DNA from: Thermoclostridium caenicola
Lineage (GTDB): Bacteria; Bacillota; Clostridia; DSM-8532
Reading direction: 5' to 3'
Length of the DNA: 29,489 nt
NCBI RefSeq assembly: GCF_900142095.1
Contig: NZ_FQZP01000036.1
Span: 1 to 29,489, forward strand
The position numbers and the translations under genes are program-made. The notes beneath the pieces were generated by a model. It was not told the origin of the DNA and did not search any database. It was given only the letters and a program-made list of their open reading frames with translations. Below, piece after piece: positions 6,980 to 14,514 of this stretch; within the stretch, counting starts at the first letter, position 1; the number at the start of each line of letters is the position of its first letter.

Positions 6980-9451
6980 ATGAAAAAGCAGTGGACGCTC
7001 CTGTGCGTCATAACGGCAGCCATGCTGGTGCTTGCGGTTCTCTTTGCGGATGGACTGCAGGCCGGCGGTTTATCCGGTGCGTACAGTGAAAAAAGCGGTC
7101 ATGTCATCATCAGCGAGATCATGGCCATGAACCATACAGGCCTTGTCGATGAGGACGGAGATACCAGGGACTGGATTGAACTCTACAATCCGGGGAGCCA
7201 GCCGGTAAACCTTTTGGACTATGGTTTGTCCGATAAACAGGACATACCCCATTTATGGACCTTTCCCGATGTGACCTTGATGCCCGGCGAGTATTTGCTG
7301 GTATGGGCTGACGGAAAGGACAGGGTGTCCGATGCAGGGCTCCATGCCAATTTCCGGATAAGCGCAGGCGAGGTGATCACCCTGTCCAATCCTTCCGGCA
7401 TGGCTGTTGATTCAATACGTCTGGACAGGGTCATTCCCGATGTTTCATACGGTGTGGCTGCCGGAGGAGGCCATGCTTTCCTGGCCCAGGCCACGCCCGG
7501 AGACAGCAATGCCGAGGCCATTGCGGATCTGACGCCCTATTTCGCGCAGGTCAGCCTGCCGGAATTCTCTGCGGGAAGCGGTTTTTACAGTGAAGGTTTT
7601 GAACTGGTGCTGAGCTGTTCGGATCCAAGGGCCACCATCCGCTATACCCTGGACGGATCCGAACCCACCGCCGATTCACCCGTTTACCAGGAGCCCATCC
7701 TCATTCGTTCAAGGGAGGGGGAGCGCAATGTTTATGCCAACATCACAGGAATATCCATTGCGGACATGCCGCCCCTGAAGGAAGTCTTCAAGGGAACGGT
7801 GGTGCGGGCGCGCGCTTTTTTGCCGGACGGTTCCATGAGCGAAACGGTGACCCATACCTACTTTGTGGACGAGGATATGGCCGGACGCTACAAGCTTCCC
7901 GTCGTATCCCTGGTGACGGATCCGGATAACCTGTTCGACTATTTCACAGGAATCTATGTGAAGGGAAAGGTGTTCAGCGATTGGATGTCCCAAAACCCGA
8001 ATGCGCCTGTGGACGGCGAGACTCCCGCCAATTACAACCAGAGGGGAATGGCGTGGGAGAAGGAAGCGCACGTGACCTTCTTTGAGCCCGACGGAACCGT
8101 GGGATTTACCAAGAATGTCGGGATACGGACATCGGGAGGATGGACCCGGGCCAACCGGCAAAAATCCCTGCGCCTGGTTGCCCGAAACCGGTATGAGCGG
8201 CCCGATGTCATTGAATATCCCCTTTTTCCCGGCTTGACCCGGCGGGGGAACCCGGACGAGCCCCTGACCGCCTTCAAGCAGATTCTTCTCCGAAGCTCAG
8301 GGAACGACTGGGAATCCACTTTGTTCCGGGATGCCATGATGCAGAGCCTTGTTGAAGGCCTTGGGGTGGATACCCAGAGCTACCGGCCTGCGGTCCTGTT
8401 CATCAATGGCGAGTTCTGGGGGATATACAATATCCGGGAAGTCTTTGATGAATATTTCATTCATGACAACTACGGCGTGGATTTTGACCATATCGCCATC
8501 CTTGAAGGGCGTTCCGGCGAACAGGGCATGGAGCTTTACTATGGCCGGGAAGACGATGCGCAGTCCTTCAATGATTTGCTCGAATTTGTGAGAACCCACG
8601 ACATGAGTCTTCCGGAGAATTATGAATACGTAGCCGAACGCATAGACGTGGATAATTTCATCACCTATCACGTGGCCCAGATCTATTTTGCCAATACCGA
8701 CTGGCCCGGAAACAACGTGAAGGTCTGGCGGAAACGCACGGATACCATTGACCCCGACGCGCCCGCGGGTCATGACGGCCGCTGGCGCTGGATGCTGTAT
8801 GATACCGATTTTGGTTTTGGCCTGTACAGCTTTTATGCTACGGCAAGCCACAAAACCCTGGTGTTTGCCACCAAGGCCGGGGGAACGGAATGGCCCAACC
8901 CCGACTGGTCAACGGTGCTTTTACGGTCCCTGCTGACCAATGAGGAGTTCAAAACCAGGTTCATTGCCAGATTCGTGGACCTGCTCAATACCAGGTTCCA
9001 TCCCGATTATGTTACAAAGCGCGTGGTGGAGATGCGGGAAACCATCATGCCGGCCATCCCGGAGCACCTGGAGCGCTGGATGATCCTGAACCGAAGCATT
9101 GATGAGTGGAAGCGTCATACCAATGGCCTCATCGGCTTCGCGCTGCAGCGGGTCAACTATATCACCCGGGATTTGAAGAGCTATTTTGGCCTGGAGCGGT
9201 ATAAAATTTCGCTGGAAGTGTCCGATGCAGCGGGAGGCGCCATACGGCTGAACGGCATGGATATGTTCATGAAGGATGTACAGTGGAACGGTGTGGCCAT
9301 GGAAGGGATTCCGGTTACCCTGGAAGCAGTTCCGAAGGAAGGATACCGGTTCGCTGGATGGGAAACCAACATGGGCTTTAAGGATGAACCGGCTGTCACA
9401 CTTGTGCCTGAAGCCGATCTGGCCATACGGGCGATATTCGAGAAAGAATGA
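6980..9451 (+). CDS. Secreted lamin-tail-domain + CotH kinase-family protein with a C-terminal Listeria-Bacteroides-type repeat
   Basis: ORF 6659-9451. The start was moved to ATG 6980 (GGAAGGTGA upstream), because the 5' extension overlaps the helicase gene. It has a signal peptide MKKQWTLLCVITAAMLVLAV. LTD signature: 'IISEIMAMN...DWIELYNPG'. CotH-like core: 'YDTDFGFGLY' and 'AVLFINGEFWGIYNIRE'. The C-terminal 'PKEGYRFAGWETN' matches the P.xGY.F.GW repeat. Confidence 0.7.
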   Translation: MKKQWTLLCVITAAMLVLAVLFADGLQAGGLSGAYSEKSGHVIISEIMAMNHTGLVDEDGDTRDWIELYNPGSQPVNLLDYGLSDKQDIPHLWTFPDVTLMPGEYLLVWADGKDRVSDAGLHANFRISAGEVITLSNPSGMAVDSIRLDRVIPDVSYGVAAGGGHAFLAQATPGDSNAEAIADLTPYFAQVSLPEFSAGSGFYSEGFELVLSCSDPRATIRYTLDGSEPTADSPVYQEPILIRSREGERNVYANITGISIADMPPLKEVFKGTVVRARAFLPDGSMSETVTHTYFVDEDMAGRYKLPVVSLVTDPDNLFDYFTGIYVKGKVFSDWMSQNPNAPVDGETPANYNQRGMAWEKEAHVTFFEPDGTVGFTKNVGIRTSGGWTRANRQKSLRLVARNRYERPDVIEYPLFPGLTRRGNPDEPLTAFKQILLRSSGNDWESTLFRDAMMQSLVEGLGVDTQSYRPAVLFINGEFWGIYNIREVFDEYFIHDNYGVDFDHIAILEGRSGEQGMELYYGREDDAQSFNDLLEFVRTHDMSLPENYEYVAERIDVDNFITYHVAQIYFANTDWPGNNVKVWRKRTDTIDPDAPAGHDGRWRWMLYDTDFGFGLYSFYATASHKTLVFATKAGGTEWPNPDWSTVLLRSLLTNEEFKTRFIARFVDLLNTRFHPDYVTKRVVEMRETIMPAIPEHLERWMILNRSIDEWKRHTNGLIGFALQRVNYITRDLKSYFGLERYKISLEVSDAAGGAIRLNGMDMFMKDVQWNGVAMEGIPVTLEAVPKEGYRFAGWETNMGFKDEPAVTLVPEADLAIRAIFEKE

Positions 9452-9464
9452 GGTGACACCAGCG

Positions 9465-9634
9465 GGAAGGGAGCCCGTAAAGGTTAAGGTCGCATTGCGA
9501 TAAGGCGCCAAAACATCCTGCGAGAATGGGGGGCGGCTGCTGTTTGAGCGCAGCGAGTTCAGCCGCCCACCATTCGAGCAGCTTGATGTTTTGCAGCCGT
9601 GCAGCACAGCGACCGGCTTTACGGGCTCCCTTCC
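9465..9634. repeat. Perfect 18-bp inverted repeat pair (ggaagggagcccgtaaag at 9465-9482; ctttacgggctcccttcc at 9617-9634) bracketing 134 bp that contain further nested hairpins
   Basis: The arms were checked base by base. The element fills the gap between two convergent gene ends and has no flanking T-runs. Confidence 0.7.
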
Positions 9635-9683
9635 TATAGCAAGAGACGTGGCAATCTCAAAAAGTCCATGTTGCAGGCTTTGG

Positions 9684-10700
9684 CTATTTCAGCCTGGGAT
9701 TCAGCACCGAAAGCTTGTAAATCTGGTCGTTCTCCCTGAGCAGATTGGTTTCCTTCCAGACACCGGCGAACCGGATATTCTCACGGAGCAGGATATCCTC
9801 ACCATTGGTGAGCCTGACGAAGTCGAAACGGTAGAACTGACCGTTTCCGACGGCGTAAACCAAGTACAGGGAGTCATGCCTGTCAATGGAGTCGATCTTG
9901 TCCACCAGACCGTACCAATTCCCATGGATGACTTCCACAAGGGCCGATGCGTCCCAGTACCAGCTATGATAGGGCGCGCACAGAAAATCTTCGGGAATGT
10001 AATCTATCCGTTTGATCTTCCAGCCTTCCCTGCCCGTGTCCTCAACGGTTACCAGGCCATAGTAATAGGCAAAATAGCCGGGCTGGGCCGTGTCTTTGGT
10101 TTCTCCGGTGGTTGGCGGGCCGGTGATGACCTCTGTCTCCACCATGTAATACCGGATGTTGTCCGGCGTATCAGGGGGAGCCCAGGCCGGAATAAGCTTC
10201 AACAGCGTGGTATGCCCTGTTCCTTTGAAAGAGTCGATGAACTTTTGAAGGGGCAGGGCTTTTCTGTAGTCCTCGGTCAGCAGCTTCCAGGCATAGGGAT
10301 AAGGCTCCTGGTGATAGCCGATGGTGCCGCAGCCGCCGTGATGACCCGCCATGTTGGAAGCCTCGCGCAGCAGGCCGTAATAGGCTTTGATAAGATCCTC
10401 AGGGTTCTTGAAGACGGGGACGGTCTCATGGGGGTTCTGAAGCTCGGAGAAGGAGTACTTGGTATTGAGGGCCGGACTGCCTGAAGGTCTGTGAAACCGT
10501 TCGGGTTCATCTTCGTCCAAATCGGCGACCATCAGGCTTCCCATGCGCTCTTCCGTTTCAATGCGGCCCGGATGGATCAGGGCACCCATGACGTAGGTGG
10601 TGGCTGTACGGTGGTAAATAATCAGTAGCCCGACGACGAAAGCAAAAGCCAGCAGCAGTACCATTAACGGTTTCCTGTATGTTTTCCACACTTCATGCAT
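9684..10700 (-). CDS. Hypothetical single-pass membrane protein with a large extracytoplasmic domain and no recognisable family
   Basis: A 338-aa ORF with GAGGTAA 7 nt upstream of the ATG. An N-terminal TM helix (PLMVLLLAFAFVVGLLIIY) is followed by a W/Y-rich domain. Confidence 0.55.
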   Translation of the reverse strand: MHEVWKTYRKPLMVLLLAFAFVVGLLIIYHRTATTYVMGALIHPGRIETEERMGSLMVADLDEDEPERFHRPSGSPALNTKYSFSELQNPHETVPVFKNPEDLIKAYYGLLREASNMAGHHGGCGTIGYHQEPYPYAWKLLTEDYRKALPLQKFIDSFKGTGHTTLLKLIPAWAPPDTPDNIRYYMVETEVITGPPTTGETKDTAQPGYFAYYYGLVTVEDTGREGWKIKRIDYIPEDFLCAPYHSWYWDASALVEVIHGNWYGLVDKIDSIDRHDSLYLVYAVGNGQFYRFDFVRLTNGEDILLRENIRFAGVWKETNLLRENDQIYKLSVLNPRLK

Positions 10701-10839
10701 GGCAGCATTACCTCATATCATACCGTATTGGGGCAGGGAACGCGATCTTGCATTCGCAGCCTAGTTTAATATATGTTAGATATGAAGGTACATGCCATGT
10801 AAATCGGTCATGATATGCCATCTATGGAGGACGCACCCT

Positions 10840-12342
10840 ATGAGGCTTTCTGAACTGCTCGTCTACAACAGCATCATCATCCAGTGCCACAATGATCCGG
10901 ATGCGGATGCCATTGCATCGGGATTTGCCCTTTATACCTGGTTCAGGGAAAAGGGGAAGGATGTCAGGCTCATATACAGCGGAAGGTCAAAAATATCCAA
11001 ACCCAATCTCCTCTTGTTGATAAAGGAACTGAGTATTCCCATAGAATATGTGGAATCCCTGGACCATTTTGACGGCCTTCTCATCACCGTGGACTGCCAG
11101 TACGGAGCCGGTAATGTCAAAAAGTTCGAAGTGCCGCATGTGGCCATTATCGATCACCATCAGCAGGAGATAACCGGCATCGAGCGATCAGATATCCGGA
11201 GCTATCTGGCAAGCTGTTCCACCCTGGTATGGAAGATGCTGCTGGACGAAGGCTTCGACATCAATGCCCATCCGTATGTTGTCACCGCCCTCTGGTATGG
11301 TCTTTATTCCGATACCAACGGTTTTTCCGAACTGAACCATCCCCTGGACCGGGACATGCGGGACAGCCTGGTGCCCGACAAACTCCTGATACGCAGACTG
11401 AGGAACAGCAATCTGACCCTCAACGATTTGGAAACGGCGGGTATGGCACTCATCCGTACCTCATACAACCGGAAGAACCGGTTTGCCGTCATCAAGACCA
11501 ACCCCTGCGATCCCAACATCCTGGGCTATATCAGCGACATGGCCCACCAGGTGGACGTGATCGACGTATGCGTGGTTTACAGTGAAATAAACAACGGCAT
11601 CAAATACTCGGTACGAAGTTCAAACCATGAGATTATGGCCAGTGAGCTGGCGGCCTGGATCGCCGACGACATCGGTTCGGGCGGTGGCCATGCTGAAAAG
11701 GCCGGGGGTTTTATCAGTTACCACAAATTCGAGGAGAAGTATCCCAGTATCAATGCGGACGAATACCTGCTTTCCCGGATAAGCGAGTATTATTCGTCCT
11801 TTGATGTGATATATGCCGGCAAGTATGAGCTGCGGCTGTCGGAAATGAAATGCTACAAAAAGCTGCCTGTGGTCTGCGGGTACGTGAAAAGCACCGATAT
11901 CTTCCCCAAAGGAACGCCCTTGCTGGTCAGAACCCTGATGGGTGACCTGGATGATCTGGTGGCCGATGATAATCTGTATCTCATGATAGGGGTAAAAGGC
12001 GAGGTCAGTCCTATTGCAAGAACCATGTTTGAAAGGAACTATCGTGTCATAGACGAACCCTTCAATCTTGAGACCGAGTATTTTCCCAGCGTTCGTAACA
12101 GGATGAGCGGTGAGAGCATCGATCTGCGGGCAAAGGCGCAAAAATGCGTCAGCACGGGCGAAGGTCGAATCCTCGCCAAACCTCTTTGCAGATACAGCAA
12201 GGTGTTCACCATCTGGGACAAGGATACCTATGTGCTTGGCCGCCCGGGCGATTATCTTGCTGTGCGGACGGAAGACCACAATGACATTTATGTCATCCGG
12301 GGAGATATATTCAGCCAGATATATCAGGAAATCTCAGATTAA
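10840..12342 (+). CDS. DHH/DHHA1-family phosphoesterase (NrnA-like) with an extra C-terminal domain of about 190 aa
   Basis: ORF 10792-12342. The start was moved to ATG 10840 because GGAGG lies 7 nt upstream. Contains 'HNDPDADAIAS' and 'IIDHHQQE' (DHH), and 'GSGGGHAEKAGG' (DHHA1 GGGH). Residues from about 310 to 501 have no obvious motif. Confidence 0.75.
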   Translation: MRLSELLVYNSIIIQCHNDPDADAIASGFALYTWFREKGKDVRLIYSGRSKISKPNLLLLIKELSIPIEYVESLDHFDGLLITVDCQYGAGNVKKFEVPHVAIIDHHQQEITGIERSDIRSYLASCSTLVWKMLLDEGFDINAHPYVVTALWYGLYSDTNGFSELNHPLDRDMRDSLVPDKLLIRRLRNSNLTLNDLETAGMALIRTSYNRKNRFAVIKTNPCDPNILGYISDMAHQVDVIDVCVVYSEINNGIKYSVRSSNHEIMASELAAWIADDIGSGGGHAEKAGGFISYHKFEEKYPSINADEYLLSRISEYYSSFDVIYAGKYELRLSEMKCYKKLPVVCGYVKSTDIFPKGTPLLVRTLMGDLDDLVADDNLYLMIGVKGEVSPIARTMFERNYRVIDEPFNLETEYFPSVRNRMSGESIDLRAKAQKCVSTGEGRILAKPLCRYSKVFTIWDKDTYVLGRPGDYLAVRTEDHNDIYVIRGDIFSQIYQEISD

Positions 12343-12476
12343 ATGCCCATGCAGTGAGTAGAATTAATACTGATGTGAAAAGATGCCTATTTAACAAAAA
12401 AATTATAATAATATATGGGAAATTATTACAAAATGCTATATAATGATATTGTTGGGTTTTCTGCGTGACAAAAAGC

Positions 12477-12486
12477 GGGGGGGGGG
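12477..12486. repeat. G10 homopolymer tract inside the AT-rich leader or promoter region of the histidine-kinase gene
   Basis: Counted in the sequence (gcg then 10 g then aatgcg). The surrounding region 12343-12470 is more than 75% AT and carries a TGcTATATAAT extended -10-like element. Confidence 0.6.
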
Positions 12487-12551
12487 AATGCGAAAAGATC
12501 AACTGTTTAAGCCACGTTTGTGGATGAGAATTTTAATAACTGGAGGCTAGT

Positions 12552-13739
12552 ATGATGAAACAACATCCTGCAGAACGGGAAGGCGGTACGTCTATCACTT
12601 TGCGGAATGGATTTGTCAAGGATGTGAGCCAGAGTTTTACCTCCTTGACAGGGTACATGCCGGAGATGGTTACCGGCAAAACCATCGAGGATCTGCTGGT
12701 GAATGATCTCAAGGCGACCGTGGAGAAACCGGAACTGATTAAGCAGTCTGAGAATCTCCATTGTTTTATCTTCAATCGGTGGATGAAGCCGGAGGAAGTG
12801 GATATTTCGTTCACCGAATGCGGAGCTTCCGGTGAAACAATTGTGTCCATCCATACTGCGGATACCTATAAGGATATTGAACGATCCCTCAGGGAGAAAT
12901 ATGAAAAGCTGCTGGAAAAGGAAAAGGCAGAGAAGGAAGAATTAAAGAAAGCTCTGAAAGCAAAGGACGAATATTTCATGTTCATTGCCCATGAGCTGAA
13001 AACGCCGCTGGCCATTATCCATTCGGCCGTTCAGGCAATAGAATACCTTTGCAAAAACGAACTGAGCGAAAAGCTCAGGGGCTTCCTGCAAAAAATCAAG
13101 CAGAACACCCATAAGCAACTCCGGCTTATTAATAATATTCTTGATATTTCACGCCTCAACGCGGGCGGTCTCAAGATCAACCGGCAAAACATCGATATTG
13201 TGGACCTGGCAAGGGAAATCACCGAATCGGTCAAGCTATATGCCCAGCAGAAGAATATCACTTTGGGCTTTGATGCCGCAATGGACAGCAAGATAATGGC
13301 CATCGATGAGGATATGTTTGAACGGATGCTTTTGAATTTGCTGTCCAATGCCATCAAGTTTACCCCGGCAGGGGGACAGGTCCATGTTTCGATTTCCGAA
13401 ACCCATTCAGGCCAAAAGGAATATGTGTGGATTACGGTAAAGGATCAGGGCATCGGTATACCGGAAGACAAACAGGAATTGGTTTTTGAATGCTTCGGCC
13501 AGGCGGATTATACCCTGGCACGGCAGACGGGGGGAACCGGTATCGGATTGTCCCTGGTAAAGAAAATCGTTTCCGCTTTCGGCGGTGAAGTCTTCCTTGA
13601 AAGCAGGATCGGGGAAGGCAGCACCTTCAAGATCCAACTGCCGGTTTATGTGGAGCAGGAAAGCAAAGCGTGCGAAGGCATGGCGGGGAGGAATCTTTCC
13701 CAGTTTGTCGCCATGGAGTTCAGCGATTATCTTTCCTGA
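12552..13739 (+). CDS. Cytoplasmic sensor histidine kinase (PAS-like N-terminus, HisKA, HATPase_c); no response regulator is adjacent
   Basis: GGAGG lies 5 nt upstream of the ATG. Motifs: H-box FIAHELKTPLAII, N-box LLSNAIKFT, G1 DQGIGI and G2 GGTGIGLSLV. There is no TM segment. Confidence 0.85.
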   Translation: MMKQHPAEREGGTSITLRNGFVKDVSQSFTSLTGYMPEMVTGKTIEDLLVNDLKATVEKPELIKQSENLHCFIFNRWMKPEEVDISFTECGASGETIVSIHTADTYKDIERSLREKYEKLLEKEKAEKEELKKALKAKDEYFMFIAHELKTPLAIIHSAVQAIEYLCKNELSEKLRGFLQKIKQNTHKQLRLINNILDISRLNAGGLKINRQNIDIVDLAREITESVKLYAQQKNITLGFDAAMDSKIMAIDEDMFERMLLNLLSNAIKFTPAGGQVHVSISETHSGQKEYVWITVKDQGIGIPEDKQELVFECFGQADYTLARQTGGTGIGLSLVKKIVSAFGGEVFLESRIGEGSTFKIQLPVYVEQESKACEGMAGRNLSQFVAMEFSDYLS

Positions 13740-13842
13740 AAGCGGCAGTTTTCCGTGGACCAGCTGCGCGTGAAGCCGTTGGAAGTGTTGCATCCCTATA
13801 CCTTTATCTGGTATAGATAAAGTAGGAAAGGAGGGCAGGCGA

Positions 13843-14487
13843 ATGGTAGACTGGTGGAACGGATTAAGCACATTGCAGCAATTGTTCGCCTGTTTTGCCA
13901 TCCCGGCCACCCTGGTGCTGGTCATCCAGATCATCCTGTTTATCATCGGTTTGTCCGACGGTGATGGCGATGCCGATGTTTCACACGATGTTGCAGACGG
14001 CGATGGAGCGGGTGCCGATGCTGCCGACCATGTGGGGGATTTGACGCATAGCCATGATGTGGCTGAGGTCAGGCTTTTTACTTTAAGGAGCATTGTTGCC
14101 TTCTTCGCGGTTGGCGGATGGACCGGAGTTGTGCTGGCGGGTCTGGAACTTCCGCTTCCTGCGGTTATCGTGTTTGCCCTGATGGCCGGATGGGCGGCGC
14201 TGTACTTTGTCACATGGTCAATCCGTATGGCGCTGAGGCTGCAGTACAGCGGCAATATCGATGTTTCCAATGCCATCGGAAAGGTTGGCGAGGTTTATAT
14301 GACCATTCCTGCGGCCAACCGGGGGTATGGCAAGATCAATGTCATGGTGCAGGAGCGGTTCTGCGAGTTTGAGGCCACAACCAGCGCGGACCGCGATTTG
14401 AAAACCGGGGAATCGGTTTTCGTCACCGGCATTACAGAGGACAATGTTTTGACGGTGATACCCAATGATGAAGTCAGCACCCATTGA
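13843..14487 (+). CDS. NfeD-family membrane protein (flotillin-associated)
   Basis: AGGAAAGGAGG RBS upstream of the ATG. It has N-terminal TM helices, an acidic D/G-rich loop, further TM helices and a C-terminal soluble beta-domain. It is immediately upstream of the flotillin gene, as in the Bacillus yuaF-floT operon. Confidence 0.65.
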   Translation: MVDWWNGLSTLQQLFACFAIPATLVLVIQIILFIIGLSDGDGDADVSHDVADGDGAGADAADHVGDLTHSHDVAEVRLFTLRSIVAFFAVGGWTGVVLAGLELPLPAVIVFALMAGWAALYFVTWSIRMALRLQYSGNIDVSNAIGKVGEVYMTIPAANRGYGKINVMVQERFCEFEATTSADRDLKTGESVFVTGITEDNVLTVIPNDEVSTH

Positions 14488-14514
14488 GATTAATCGTATG
14501 GAGGAGAATGCATT

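Noticed and set aside
8297-8851. A 184-aa antisense ORF inside the CotH-family gene, and similar ORFs at 7709-8161 and 8921-9607
   Set aside because: They lie inside a CDS with good domain support. They have no RBS and an atypical composition.
12440-12551. Spo0A-box (TGNCGAA) in the kinase promoter
   Set aside because: The closest string, TGCGAAA, has G where the conserved C is required.
13407-14276. A 289-aa minus-strand ORF spanning the kinase C-terminus and NfeD N-terminus
   Set aside because: It crosses an intergenic promoter region and two confident genes. It is Ser/Ala/Pro-rich and looks like a translation artefact.
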